A stretch of 58,185 nucleotides of DNA, the filler included, from Bilabrum cf. latius (lineage: Eukaryota), in the NCBI GenBank assembly GCA_965178125.1. It is 2 parts of 2 records of this genome, joined end to end, with 100 filler letters (N's around TTAATTAATTAA, not from the genome) between each part and the next. Parts side by side here need not be neighbours in the genome. Positions count along the whole stretch, not along the records: positions 29,258 to 58,185 come from CBCXTV010000020.1; 1 more part is not named here. One strand, written 5' to 3'. The notes beneath the pieces are model-generated. The model was not told the DNA's origin. It searched no databases and saw only the letters and a program-made list of their open reading frames with translations. The first letter of the stretch is position 1. Each line of letters begins with the position of its first letter. The translations under genes and the position numbers were made by a program. Positions 35,303 through 47,343 of this stretch are shown piece after piece.

Positions 35303-36283
35303 GGGTGTGATGCAGTGGGAGCGCTTCCGCCTCACGTGGCAGACGTCCACACTTCCTGGTTCCCCGGCAGGCTGTTTGGCGAGACGGAGTGGCAAAGCAT
35401 CCGCCTGCTCATTCCTACTTTGTTACCTCGATTGTGAGCTCGGAGCTTGGGGCGGAGGATTCTGCGGGCAGCTCATGTGTGCCTAGAGTGTCATCCCGCG
35501 ACCCTCTGACTTCTGTCCGTGGCTTTACCTCTTCGCGCAGGAAGATTCCTCATGAGGCAAGCCCGGTCCGAACTCGCGTGGGATGCCGTGCGCTGGTGCG
35601 GCTTCCACTCATCCCCGGGGTGGGGAGCGCTGGGTAAAGGATCGTCTGTCCCTGCAAGTTTCGATTCGGCGAGGTGCGGCAGCATGACGCGGACCGAGGT
35701 GAAGTCCTTTGTCCGCGATAGGTCGCCGCGTCGCGCGGTGGCGACCCCACAGCGCCCAAATCCCATTCCAGAGAGGGGGTGTGATGCAGTGGGAGCCCTT
35801 CCGCCTCACGTGACAGACGTTCACACTTCCTGGTTCCCATAAGGTCTTCAGCACAGCGCATGCGAGGCAGGCTGTTTGGCGAGACGTAGTGGCATCGCCC
35901 CCGCCTGCTCATTCCTACTTTGTTACCTCGATTGTCAGCTTGGAGCTCGGGGGCGGCGGATTCAGCGGGCAGCTCATGTATGCCTGGAGTGTCATCCCGC
36001 GACCCTCTGACTTCTGTCCGTGGCTTTACCTCTTCGCGCAGGAAGATTCCTCATGAGGCAAGCCCGGTGCGAACTCCTGTGGGATGCCGTGCGCTGGTTC
36101 GGATTCCACTCATGCCCGATGTGGGGAGCGCTGGGGTAAAGGATCGTCTGTCCCTGCAAGTTTCGATTCGGCTCGAGTCAATGTGAGGAAGGAGAGGTGC
36201 GGCAGCATGACGCGGAACGAGGTGACGTCCTTTGTCCGCGATAGGTCGCCGCGTCGCGCGGTGGCGACCCCGCAGCGCCCAAA
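35303..36283 (+). repeat. ~475-bp tandem duplication (35303-35760 / 35777-36283)
   Basis: GGGTGTGATGCAGTGGGAGC...CAGCGCCCAAA repeated with small indels. Confidence 0.9.
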
Positions 36284-36731
36284 CCCCGCTCCGCCAGCGA
36301 GTCCTCACTCGACAGCGGTGTCGAACCTGCAGCAGCGCTTCGAGAACATGCAGCAGCGTGCGGAAAGCTTGAGCGCTCAGCTGGAGTACGCCCAAAGTGT
36401 GATCAGGCTGCTCTCAGGCCTGTTGCGCGAGGAGGCTCCTCGGTTCCATGCAGACTTTGATCCCGTGATTCGGCGTGCGATGTCTGGCGCAAGCGGCTCC
36501 GTTGCGGGTAGGTCTTTCCGTCTTGTGGACGGAGGCGTCATCCACGGACCTGACACAGCAGTCGCTGCTCCTCCGCGTCGTCTCATCGTTGAGGTGCGTA
36601 CGGACTGGGAGATGACCGAGACTGCCTCAACTGTGCTGGATTCCTCAGGATCAGACGACATGGGTTCCGAGGACTCGCCGCCGCCGACCGTCGTCCTCCC
36701 CAGCGGCGCGGCGGGCGCCGGCGGTGCCTAG
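36207..36731 (+). CDS. Small coiled-coil hypothetical protein (174 aa)
   Basis: RDRSPRR motif followed by heptad segment VSNLQQRFENMQQRAESLSAQLEYAQSVIRLL. Confidence 0.5.
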   Translation: MTRNEVTSFVRDRSPRRAVATPQRPNPAPPASPHSTAVSNLQQRFENMQQRAESLSAQLEYAQSVIRLLSGLLREEAPRFHADFDPVIRRAMSGASGSVAGRSFRLVDGGVIHGPDTAVAAPPRRLIVEVRTDWEMTETASTVLDSSGSDDMGSEDSPPPTVVLPSGAAGAGGA

Positions 36732-37302
36732 TCCTCGGCAGCTCCTGCATCGGAGCCTCCTGTCGAGATTCGATCGCGCAACGTCGTTTCTTACATTGCT
36801 TGCCGTCGCATGTGCGGGGCGGTGGTGGGTGTGCGTGTTCGCCGAAAGTTCCCGGCCTCGTCTTCCTCAGGAGAGCTCCTCGACCCGAAATTGGCAGCTC
36901 AGCGCTGCCGTGGCCGATACAGTACCCGTGCACGGCCAGTTGGCAGCTACGCGCTGCCGTTGCCAATGTCGTCCGCACGAGAGCAGATTGGCAGCTCAGC
37001 GCAGGCGAGAAACCGCGCTCGCAATGCTGCGAGGTGTATTCAATGCTGTGCACGTGTCTATCCCTCTCCCTGGTTTTGTCTCGCTTGCGCCAGTGTGACC
37101 GCAGCAGAGCGGGTGCTTCCCGCGCGTCTTCAGCTTTGAGCACTCCTCCAGCGACAGGAAGGCATTCGCTTGCTCTCGCTCCCCGCCTGCGTCCTATCCC
37201 TCCCGGGTATCTTCAGAGGCCACAGGCAGTGCGAAGCTTGGCAGCGGGTCCGTCCGCGTCGTTTCGGCTGTGAGCGATCTTCTGCCCGGTTCCTCACGCG
37301 TC

Positions 37303-38855
37303 ATGATGTCCTCCGCTTCGGTGCCGGATCAGCTCGCACGGATCAGTAAGGAGCTGAAGTGTCTCAGAGACGCGAGACAACGGGCGCGCAATGGGTTGCG
37401 CCATCCGTGGTTGCGCGCCATGGAGGCACAGGTCGCTGAGGTTATTCGTCATCACCCCGGAGGTGGCGAGGCAGCTCTTCGAACCTATGTCTCTCGTCAG
37501 TTGCAGAGTCGACAGGTTTCCACGCGGACGGCTTCGCAGGAGGAGTTTCAAAGGCAGGTCGATGAGGAGGTCGCGCTCACCATGAGGCGCCCAGCTGAGG
37601 CGTGGCAGCGAAATCCTCTTCGCTCATGTCATCGAGAGTCCGTGGCACGCGCGGAGACCTTTCTCGCCGAGGCTTCTGTCGTTGCTTGGATCGACCATGT
37701 GAACGAGCAGCGTGGGTGTGCTCCAACTGGGAACATGGTTTTCGCCATGCTTGCGATGGGCGTTCGCGCGGGGAAGGATTCGGCTCGACGGCAGTGGCTC
37801 CTGCGCTTCCGTCGTCGTTGGCGGCTTCGGCATGGCCGATTGAAGAAGCAGCCCCGGTAACACTCGATTACGTCAGACTCGCGTGTCGTGTCTTCTATCA
37901 GTGGATTGAATTCGCAGAAGCGCGAGTGCCCCGCAACCGCCGCCTCGTCTTTGTGAACTTCGATGAGTCCAGCGTGCCCTTTGCCTTTCCGGGAATGCGC
38001 GGGTACATCGCACCGAGGTCAGGAACGGAGCCCGCTTCGCTTGGTTCGCGCACGGAGCGCCTCGCCTCGAATAGCAGTCGAGGATCGTACACCTTTCTGG
38101 GTTTCATTAGCGACTGCCCGGAAATCCAGCGACGACTCCCGCGTATACTCATCGGGAAGCACACGCGGCTGAGCAAGCGCTTGATGCGTGGGGCGTCGAA
38201 CCAAATGGTGGACGGAATGGAAGTCTGGGCCCGAGAGAGCTCGTGGGTGACGCAGTCCCTCATGTTCGACATTCTGCGTCGGCTTTTCGCTTCTTGGATG
38301 GACATTCAGCATGAGATCTATCCAATAGTGATACTTGACTGCGCGCCCCAACACATTTCCACTGAGATTGTGAACTTCGCACACGGCCTTGGCATGGATC
38401 TCGTGTTTATTCCTGGTCGACTCACCTTCTTGCTTCAGCCGTTGGACGTTCTCGTCTTTCAGCTTCTTAAGCGCGACCTTCGGGAGACGTGGATGCAGGA
38501 GCGCTCGCGTCATGAAGCGGGTCATGTCGATGTCTCTTGCCATCTCAGGGTTGTCGCTGAGTGCACGAAGAGAGTGCTCTCGTCTGGCTCGTGGCAAGGC
38601 GCTTTCGATATGACAGGCATTACCAGCGGCAGGCGCCGCTTGCATTCGACCCTACGGCGCTTGTTTGAGTGTGACATGGAGGACATCTCCAGCGATGCTC
38701 CGTCCTGTCGACCAGCTCCGCTTCATCAGCAGTCCGCAGCAGCCTCTCCCGCACGATGCGCTCATCAACAGGGCCCCAGTCGCGTCCGGACACGGGGGTC
38801 GACGGAGGCGTCCACGGTGGTAACGCTCGCCGCGTGCCTCGTGGCCGCAGACTAA
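37303..38855 (+). pseudogene. pogo/Tigger-like (DDE_1) transposase with one frameshift near 37850
   Basis: RRQWLLRFRRRWRL (CENP-B HTH-like) in the first frame. VFVNFDESSV, SSWVTQSLM, IVILDCAPQH and FIPGRLTFLLQPLDVLVFQLLK (DD..D catalytic triad of the pogo family) in the second. Confidence 0.85.
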
Positions 38856-38859
38856 ACGG

Positions 38860-39922
38860 ATGGACCCCCCGCGATCGCGCTCACCCCTCGGCGGCCATGC
38901 CGTGACCTCGACCACGACCATGTCAGGGGCGAACGCGACTTCGTCAACCTCGAGCACGACCATCCCAGCGGCGAACGCGGCTTCCTCGATGGGATCCCTG
39001 ACCCCGACGAAGCTTCCCCGACCTCGGCCACGTGAACCTGCAGGCGCATTCTTGCCCGATGTGCCCGCGCAGGTGGCGGCCTGCACGGCGTGGGCGCCAC
39101 CGTTTCGTCGACCAGACAGCTCAGCCACCCCGGCGACGCGCGAGGCGGCAACGTCCACGTGCATCAATCCGTGGACCGCTCTCTCCTGGTATCCGACACC
39201 ACCGCAGCCGACGGACCCCCCTTCCGACAGGCCTCGCGAGGTACCGAACCCGAGCTCCCGGCAGCAGCGCAGGCGTCATGCTTGGGGTGGCACGTGGGTC
39301 TTCGACGACGCCATTACGCTCAGTGAGTGCGGGTCGAGGGTGCAGATCGACGCGCCGCAGTCGAAGCTCTTGGCGTTGGTCGTGCCCGGAAGTCGGGCCT
39401 GTGGATTCCTCATAAGCTGCGCTCGCGTACGATCTGGTATTTGGCTGGGGAGCAGTCGGCCGTGATCACCAACCTCAAGTGCCAGGCCTGCAGTCAGGTC
39501 AAGCACGCGACGAGCTTCAACCCGAGGAGCTTGCGTCGGGCTCAGTACTCGTTGCTGCATTCCCTGTGGCCCGGCTACATACGACGTACCGAGCGGTCTA
39601 TTTGGTGCACGCAGTGTGCGGTGGAGGACCAGTTGATGCAGGGCAACTTCCCGGACGGCTACTGTTTCCGGATCCGCGCCACACTCGAAATTTGCCATCA
39701 AGATCGCGTCGCGGCCAGGCTGTTTGCAGTGCACGACAGTAACGCTCTCTTCGAGCAGATCCCGCTGAGCTCCCATGCGGCCATGGACGTGGCGGAGCAG
39801 TTGCGTCGATACTGCAGGATGCCGTGTCCTCAGACGGCCAGGGCAACATCTTCCACAGCGACCACGTCTCGACAGACGACGACTCTGAGTTCGCACCGGG
39901 CGGACCGGAGAGCGTGCCGTGA
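38860..39922 (+). pseudogene. Zinc-finger hypothetical protein with two single-base frameshifts
   Basis: KCQACSQVKHATSF...WCTQC. The copy at 46007-46860 carries the extra bases (GTGCCCCGG, ACTGGCAGG) that restore the frame. Confidence 0.6.
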
Positions 39923-40184
39923 AGGACCGCAGCGACAGTATCGTCGCTTAGGTGAGGAGCGGGTGCCAATGCTCTTTTGAAAATGGTGCGTCGTACGTAC
40001 GGCAGGAACCGTCGGTGGGAGCGGGGCGGATCCTGCGGGAAGTCGTGGAGACTGAGGGCAGAGACTCTCGGGTCGGTCAGGGTCTCATGTAACGTGCTGT
40101 TCACCGCAGAGGTATGTGCGGATCTTGGTGGATCTCTCGAGGACATGGGTGGCATACCGTTGTGCATCCGTTCCCCGGGGGGTG

Positions 40185-40317
40185 GGGGGCGGTCGCAGAA
40201 GAGTGCACACGAAAACAAGAGGAAAGGAGACCAACCCCCCAAACCCACGTAGTGCGATCCTGGGGGGTACCCTATAAGGTACTAAGAATCCTTCTCCCGA
40301 AAATCGCACTACCTCGG
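40185..40317 (+). repeat. Second copy of the stem-loop module found at ~57735-57867
   Basis: GTCGCAGAAGAGTGCAC...GTAGTGCGATCCTGGGGGGTACCCT.TAAGGTACTAAGAATCCTTC.CCCGAAAATCGCACTACCTCGG occurs in both places. Confidence 0.9.
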
Positions 40318-41244
40318 GCCACAACGTCTTGGTGGATCCCTCGAGGACATGGGTGGCATACCGTTGTGCATCCGTTCCCCATCGCTCCCTAACGTCTTCA
40401 GTGGCAGGTTCGGAAAAGACACCTCCGTAGGCACGCGACAAGTCCCGGTGAAGCGGGCTCGCACCGCGCTGGGCGGGAGATCGTGAGTGCTTAGAGGACC
40501 GGAGCTCTCGGGCGGGTGCGTGTCTCGACAAACTCCCTCTTGACCACGGGCGGGGAACGTGTAGGGCGGAAGCTAAAGACACCGTAAGTAGCGGAGGGCT
40601 AACATTCCGTCCTTCGGTGAGAGCCAAAAGTTCGAGTCTGCGAGAGACTATTATACGAAGTTCTCCCTCCTCATACGTGCGCATAGCCTCCTCACGCGGT
40701 AGCGCGAGCGAACCCGGCGTACTCTCCTAGTCTGTCACTTCCACGACCTTTGTCGCGGAACCACTTGCACGGAGAGGAACCTGTCGTTCAAGCGGGTGCA
40801 GCCGGACGCGCAGGTGTAGTGCATCGCCTTGCATATGTGCACGGCCAAGTAGATGCCGGAACCGTAGAGGTATCACACTTCCCGCGGAGCTTGGGTGGGT
40901 CTTTCGCTGCTGTCGTCTGCTCCAGAAGGTTTGCGCCAAAAACCGGATGGGATGCCAGGAGCTCACGGTCCTGCCGGATTGGGGAGGTCCATGCCCATGA
41001 CACGCCAGCATTGTGAGACGCCGCGGAGCTTGGAAGGTTTTTTAGTGGTCTCGCGACATGCCTGGTCGTCATTGGCTGGAGTCTGTATGACGGCCGTTCG
41101 GTGACGGGTGATACGAAGTGTTGGGTGCTAAAAAGTTTCCCGAAGCACGCATTGTTCCAACGCTTCAAAGGGCCGGGTGCGCCTCCGAATCCCACGCGAG
41201 CCGTTCCCCACGGCGCACCGATAAGCGTCGCTGTAAGCGTACCA

Positions 41245-41429
41245 GCTGGGTAGGTCCGCAGGTCAAGGAGGCGTTCGCAGTTATAGACGTAGGTGGAGTT
41301 TGCGAGCTGCCGGCCGACATGCACGTGTGGTGACCGGAGGTCACCACATGAGCATGTCGGCCGGCAGCTCGCAAACTCCACCTACGTCTATAACTGCGAA
41401 CGCCTCCGTGACCTGCGGACCGACCCAGC
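41245..41429. repeat. 185-bp near-perfect hairpin built from a piece of the glycosyltransferase gene
   Basis: GCTGGGTAGGTCCGCAGGTCA...GTGGTGACC-GGA-GGTCACCAC...TGACCTGCGGACCGACCCAGC. The right arm and its continuation match ~51332-51452. Confidence 0.9.
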
Positions 41430-42929
41430 GCACTGAGCAGACAACGCATTTGTGGTCCCCCTCCACGTCGGCATGGGCTTGAAGTGGTACCTCAGGAGGA
41501 TTTCACTTGGGCCGGCAGCCGGCCGAATGTTGTGTACGGCTCGGGAGGTCACAGAAGGGAACTCGTGGCGTACCGGTGTCGCGAGAAGGGAACTCGTGGT
41601 GTATCGGTGTCGGGACGCCGAGAGCAGGCACGCTGACGGCGCCAAGGACGCTCGTGGTCCGGCACGTGAGGAGCCTCTTGCAGAGGGCCGCGTCTCTGTT
41701 GAACACACAAATGACTCTGAGTTCACCGTAACGTAACTTTCCATCACCACTCTCGATCTCGGAAAGGGCGGGAGTCCGCTCTTGCATTCGGAATGGGCGG
41801 GGAATAGAGCCAGTCCAGCATGTGTGGGCGTGAAGCCGGAGGAGTTGCTTTTCCTGGGAGCATGTGCGAGATTCCTTCTCCGCGGATCCTCTTTCGGCTT
41901 CGGGCAGTCAGCAGCGCACTCTGTGGGAACGGCATTCTCCGTCGCCAACGCCGTGCATGAGAGCGCCTGCCCGACAAAGTTTACGCCAAAAACCGCAAAA
42001 CATGTGGGACAGAGGTGGGATGCTTGGGGCTCGCGGTTGTGACACATTAGGAAGGTCCATGCCCATGTCACCGCCACCATGGCGACACGCGCCCAGACCT
42101 TGGAGGGTTTTTTTCAGTGGTGTCGCCTGCCGGGGAGGGTTTACGCGGAAAACCGGAGAACTTGTGCGTTTCGCGTTCCCGAAGCCCGCCCATTACTCCG
42201 GGAGGGAGCCTGCCAACGAGGTGGTGCTTGGCGAAATGTGGTGGGTGGCGAAGATGTGGTACTTCGCCGTGCCTTTCTCTATGACGGCCAAGCGTGCACT
42301 CGCCATCGCGCTCGGACGCCACAGGAAGAGATCCCAGCACGCAGCTCCGCCGCCTCGTCCAGGAGTAAGGCGAAGTCGAATCGTGAATAGCGCTTCGCGC
42401 CTTCACAGAGCCGAGGATCACAGATAGGCCCCGCCTCACAGAACCAGCGCCACAGGGCAGAGCGTGAAGTACTGGCCGCTTGGCTTGGCCGGACCCCCGC
42501 CCGCCCTCCGCCGGCAGCTCCTCCCGTCCGTCCCTATGGAGGCAGATCCGCGTACCCATGCTGCGGCGGGATCCTGACACAATCCGTTCCTCCTAGTGTG
42601 TGGCCGTGGGGCATGAGTAGGGCAGCATCGGGCCCTCGCCAGCCGTGGAACGGAAGCAGCTCTCCGTGCGGCAGCTGTGCGATGCACAGACCTTTTCCCA
42701 AGGATACGATCCATTTTGCCGTCTTCCCGCGCATACTGCATCGCTCTGCAAAACTGCATTGCGCAGTGGATCCCGGAGCGTCGACTGCCAATAGCAGGCG
42801 GCCTCGCAAGGCCTTCATGGACGCAGGATTTGGGCTTCTTCATCGTAAATTTGGGGTCTGCTCAGCGCGCGAAAATTTCATCGGGTCCGTTGCGTCCGGG
42901 GAAAAGGAACGATCACTGACGCCCAGCTC

Positions 42930-43218
42930 GTCCATACTATTACCAGGCGCGGCGGGTTGGAGCATTCGTCCTCTTTGCGCCACAAACCGTGCGAGCCGGA
43001 CAGCAGGCCGAATGTCGTGTACGGCTCTGGTTGGGCAGCGAAAGCCCAGGAGCGCCGCGCCTCCGAGTTCCATTATTGTCAGATGCCCAAAGTTGGTGCG
43101 CTGCTTTGCAACACCAACTACCGAGCCGTACGGGATTTCGTCGGCAATGGTAAGTTCGTGCACGCATTGTTCCAACGCTTCAAAATGGATCCGGACGTCG
43201 CGAGAAGGGAACTCGTCG
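42930..43218 (+). pseudogene. rep: Rep fragments (motif III region twice)
   Basis: SRPNVVYGSGWAAKAQERRASEFHYCQMPKVGALLCNTNY...FKMDPDVARRELVA is homologous to 30972-31185. A more decayed motif III copy precedes it. Confidence 0.8.
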
Positions 43219-44496
43219 CTTGCTCACCTGTGCGGAGGGGTTGGATGCCCGATGTGCAAAAGAGAGGATATTGTCCGTCGGCGTTCTCTCTTCACCTTGT
43301 GCGGAAGGGTTGGGTGCCTGATTTCAGACAGAGAAGGTCTCGTCCGTCGGGAGCGCTTAGGAATACTTCCGGATGGGGCGTCCAGACGCGGTTCAGGACC
43401 TCCAGCCCGTCGGGTCAATGTCGCCCGCGCCGTCCGTGCGGTTGACGCCCTCTGGATCGATGATGCCCACGATCTTTGTCATCTCGGACGACACACGGCC
43501 GAGCTGCTCTTTGGTAGTGCATTACCTCATTGACCCCGGAAGCGTTGAATATTTAATGAAGACCCTTCGGAGGCTGACGAAGTTTGTCAGCTTGTCGGAG
43601 CGCAGCCTGGGTCCTCGTCAACAAACATGGAGGGTTTCGGGGGCGGATTTCCAGCGTTCCGCCTTGATTTCGAGTGCACTTCGAGGTCGGGATCGAAGCG
43701 GGGCGGGCGGTTCGTCATCCTCTGTGATACGCTCAGGAGGCGCCGACTTGATGCCCACCTTGTCCCCCAATCACTCCAGACGTAACTGGGGAACTCCTCC
43801 CGTCGTGGGCCGGGTACGCCTCCGAATCCCACGCGAGCCGTTCCCCGCGGCGCACCGATAAGTGCCGCTGCAAGCGCACCAAGACTAGAACGTTCTGCAG
43901 AACAACGTACTCCCTTCGCTCGGGAGCGTGGCACTTCAAGCAGTGCAGTGCGCCGGTTTTCGTGCACGCCCAGTCGCGCGGACGCCGCAGGTGGCTTGGC
44001 CGTAGGATAGAATTAGTGGCGGGTCGGTTTTGCATGTCTTCCCTCTCCTCTTGATATGGTACAGAAAGGCAAGAGCCTGACGATGCAGACGGAGCTCCTG
44101 GATTTCACCGCCAAACTCCTAGTCAAGACAGCCCTCGACTAAACAGACGCCGAGTTATCTTGAGCAGCATCCCACGACGCAGTGATGTGGACGGCATGCA
44201 TGAGGAACAGTGATATGAGGGTGATGCCATGCTCACGGAAAGCTGGAATCTCGGTGAAGCCTCCAGAGATCATGGTGACGTGTGAAAACCGCTGTGTTGC
44301 TTCTCACACGCGCTCACTGTCTTCCACCTCAGTCATGCATTTGGCGAATGTATGGCTCGCAAGCTCTCCCGTGCAAGGCTCCCATTCCCTCCTCCTCTTA
44401 GGACATGGCACATGAGTCTCCTGTCGCAAGGCGCAAACGCGGCGTCCACGCAGATGGTCGGAAAGGAGGGCGGCAAGGCGGCGCCGAAGGAGGACG

Positions 44497-44616
44497 CCGA
44501 GACGCCGAGACTTTAGTGCGCGCCATCGACTTCCACATACGGAGTGCCGCCGAGAGGAGAGAGGTGCGCGCACAGGCCGCGGTGCACGTAGTGACGAAGC
44601 TTCGGCCCTTCAAGGT
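44497..44616 (+). pseudogene. rep: Rep fragment (linker region)
   Basis: DAETLVRAIDFHIRSAAERREVRAQAAVHVVTKLRPFKV matches ~31195-31312. Confidence 0.85.
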
Positions 44617-44786
44617 CTCGTGCCCGGGAGATGCTCGTGCCCGTGGGCGTCAAGGCGCCGATAATATGGGAAACGAGGGCGGCATGTTGGCGCGCGAGGC
44701 CGACACCCCGGCGGAGCACGCCGGCGCGGCGGCAAGCGTCGATGTTGCGGGCGGCCCCAGCCATGAGGCACATGATCAAGTACGCG

Positions 44787-45002
44787 GAAAGCACGCAGAG
44801 CATCGTCAATCCGTTCGTGAGCCGCGAGTTCCAAAAGGTCTTCGAGCACATCCCCCCGGAAAGCACGCAGAGCATCGTCAATCCGTTCGTGAGCCGCGAG
44901 TTCCAAAAGGTCTTCGAGCACATCCCCCCGGAAAGCACGCAGAGCATCGTCAATCCGTTCGTGAGCCGCGAGTTCCAAAAGGTCTTCGAGCACATCCCCC
45001 CG
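44787..45002 (+). repeat. 72-bp tandem repeat x3 (ESTQSIVNPFVSREFQKVFEHIPP) derived from the glycosyltransferase gene
   Basis: Three exact units; single diverged source copy at ~52868-52939. Confidence 0.95.
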
Positions 45003-45018
45003 GATGATGTCGGGCATG

Positions 45019-45251
45019 CGGACGCCCTGCTCCGGATGATGTCGGCCATGCGGACGCTCTTCCCAGAGCTTGCGCGGCAGCGGGACGAAAATGGAGCTCT
45101 CCCTGTACCGCAAGCACGCCGGAAACCTGGTGCACTTCCACGTATGCATGACGGACTCCGAGAGGTCGAATCGTTGTCGCGTGGCGGAGGATTTCATTTG
45201 GGCCGGCAGCAGGCCGAATGTCGTGTACGGCTTCGGGCGGTCAGCGAAAGC
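45019..45251 (+). pseudogene. rep: Rep N-terminal fragment with HUH motif II
   Basis: KMELSLYRKHAGNLVHFHVCMTD...FIWAGSRPNVVYG. Its 3' end overlaps the start of the Rep copies at 30972 and ~43000. Confidence 0.75.
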
Positions 45252-45433
45252 CAGTCCGCTCTTGCATTCGGAATGGGTGGGGAGTAGAGCCGGTCCAGCA
45301 TGTGCGGGCGTGAAGCCGGAGGAGTTGCTTTTCCTGGGAGCATGTGCGAGATTCCTTCTCCGCGGGTCCTCTTTCGGCTTCGGCAGTCAGCAGCGCACTC
45401 TGCGGGAACGGCATTCTCCGAGTCTGTTTGCCG

Positions 45434-47343
45434 ATGATGTCTGAGGAGAAACCGTCCGAGAACATTGCTATTTCCTTGGGAGACGACTGCAATCTTCGTA
45501 GGCGTCAAGGCGCCGGTAATATGGGAAACGAGGGCGGCATGTTGGCGCGCGAGGTCGACGCCCCGGCGGAGCACGCCGGCGCGGCGGCAAGCGTCGATGT
45601 TGCGGGCGGCCCCCACATCGAAAGCGGCGGCGCGGAGGCGGCGTCCACGGGGATGCTCGGAGAGGAGAGCGGCAAGGCAGCGCCGAAGGAGGACGCCGAA
45701 GACGACGGCGGCAAGAAGACGGAGGAGGAGGATGCTCGCGGCGGTGGACGTGCTGTGGTGCCCGGAGGTAATGACGACGTATGGACAGACGCAGCCGCTT
45801 GGAAGGCGGGTGGCGGCGTGGCAGAGGCATTGTCATCGCAGCGTGTGAATCTTGCGCACACTGCCGGGCGGTCTCTGGCGCGGATAGCTGGGGTCCATGG
45901 GAGACCCCTGCGAAGTCGTCATGGGGGGAGACGTACGTGCCGTGGCAGGTCGCGCCGGAGCCGGCGGAGGAGGCGACATGGACTTGCAACGCGTGCGAGT
46001 GCTGCAGGCGCAGCAGGCGCATTCTTGCCCGATGTGCCCGCGCAGGTGGCGGCCTGCACGGCGTGGGCGCCACCGTTTCGTCGACCAGACAGCTCAGCCA
46101 CCCCGGCGACGCGCGAGGCGGCAACGTCCACGTGCATCAATCCGTGGACCGCTCTCTCCTGGTATCCGACACCACCGCAGCCGACGGACCCCCTTCCGAC
46201 AGGCCTCGCGAGGTACCGAACCCGAGCTCCCGGCAGCAGCGCAGGCGTCATGCTTGGGGTGGCACGTGGGTCTTCGACGACGCCATTACGCTCAGTGAGT
46301 GCGGGTCGAGGGTGCAGATCGACGCGCCGCAGTCGAAGCTCTTGGCGATGGTCGTGCCCCGGAAGTCGGGCCTGTGGATTCCTCATAAGCTGCGCTCGCG
46401 TACGATCTGGTATTTGGCTGGGGAGCAGTCGGCCGTGATCACCAACCTCAAGTGCCAGGCCTGCAGTCAGGTCAAGCACGCGACGAGCTTCAACCCGAGG
46501 AGCTTGCGTCGGGCTCAGTACTCGTTGCTGCATTCCCTGTGGCCCGGCTACATACGACGTACCGAGCGGTCTATTTGGTGCACGCAGTGTGCGGTGGAGG
46601 ACCAGTTGATGCAGGGCAACTTCCCGGACGGCTACTGTTTCCGGATCCGCGCCACACTCGAAATTTGCCATCAAGATCGCGTCGCGGCCAGGCTGTTTGC
46701 AGTGCACGACAGTAACGCTCTCTTCGAGCAGATCCCGCTGAGCTCCCATGCGGCCATGGACGTGGCGGAGCAGTTGCGTCGATACTGGCAGGATGCCGTG
46801 TCCTCAGACGGCCAGGGCAACATCTTCCACAGCGACCACGTCTCGACAGACGACGACTCTGAGTGCTGCAAGCCCCGGTCGGCGTACTTCAAGAAGTGGA
46901 AGGACTGGATCCAACCAGTTTGCCGGGTGTGTTGCGACAAGTTCGACAACGCGACGCCGTGGTGGGTGAGGTGCAAGAACTGCAAAAACGAGTATCCGGC
47001 GTACCGATTTCCCCAGATCCGCCGGAAGAAGGAGAACCTGCGCTACTTCTTCCCTGAGGACTGGTGCGCGAAGTGCCTGGTTGCGCGTGGCTGGAGTCTC
47101 CATGATGTCCGTTCCTCTGCGGGTGAAGCGAAGCGTTGGGTGCCAAAAGCTTGCGCGAATACCGGTGACGGCGACAACGACGCTCGTGCTCCCGCACGCG
47201 ACGAGCCTCCTGCAGGGGGCGCCGCCTCCTGCAGCAACGCCGTGCGTCAGAGTCCTTCGCGTGACGAGGCCTTGGAGGACATCAAGCGGGCCATGGAGCT
47301 TCTCCGGAATGCGGAAAAGTTCATCTTCACGATGCCATCGTGA
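45434..47343 (+). pseudogene. Chimeric zinc-finger gene: copy of 34056-35102 with an 854-bp insert copied from ~39040-39886
   Basis: Insert 46007-46860 is flanked by duplicated GAGTGCTGCA (45997-46006 and 46861-46870). Confidence 0.85.

Noticed and set aside
42934-42942. TACTATTAC as a CRESS nonanucleotide origin
   Set aside because: No flanking stem; it aligns with the HYYCQA codons of Rep motif III (compare 31032-31082), so it is a decayed coding copy.
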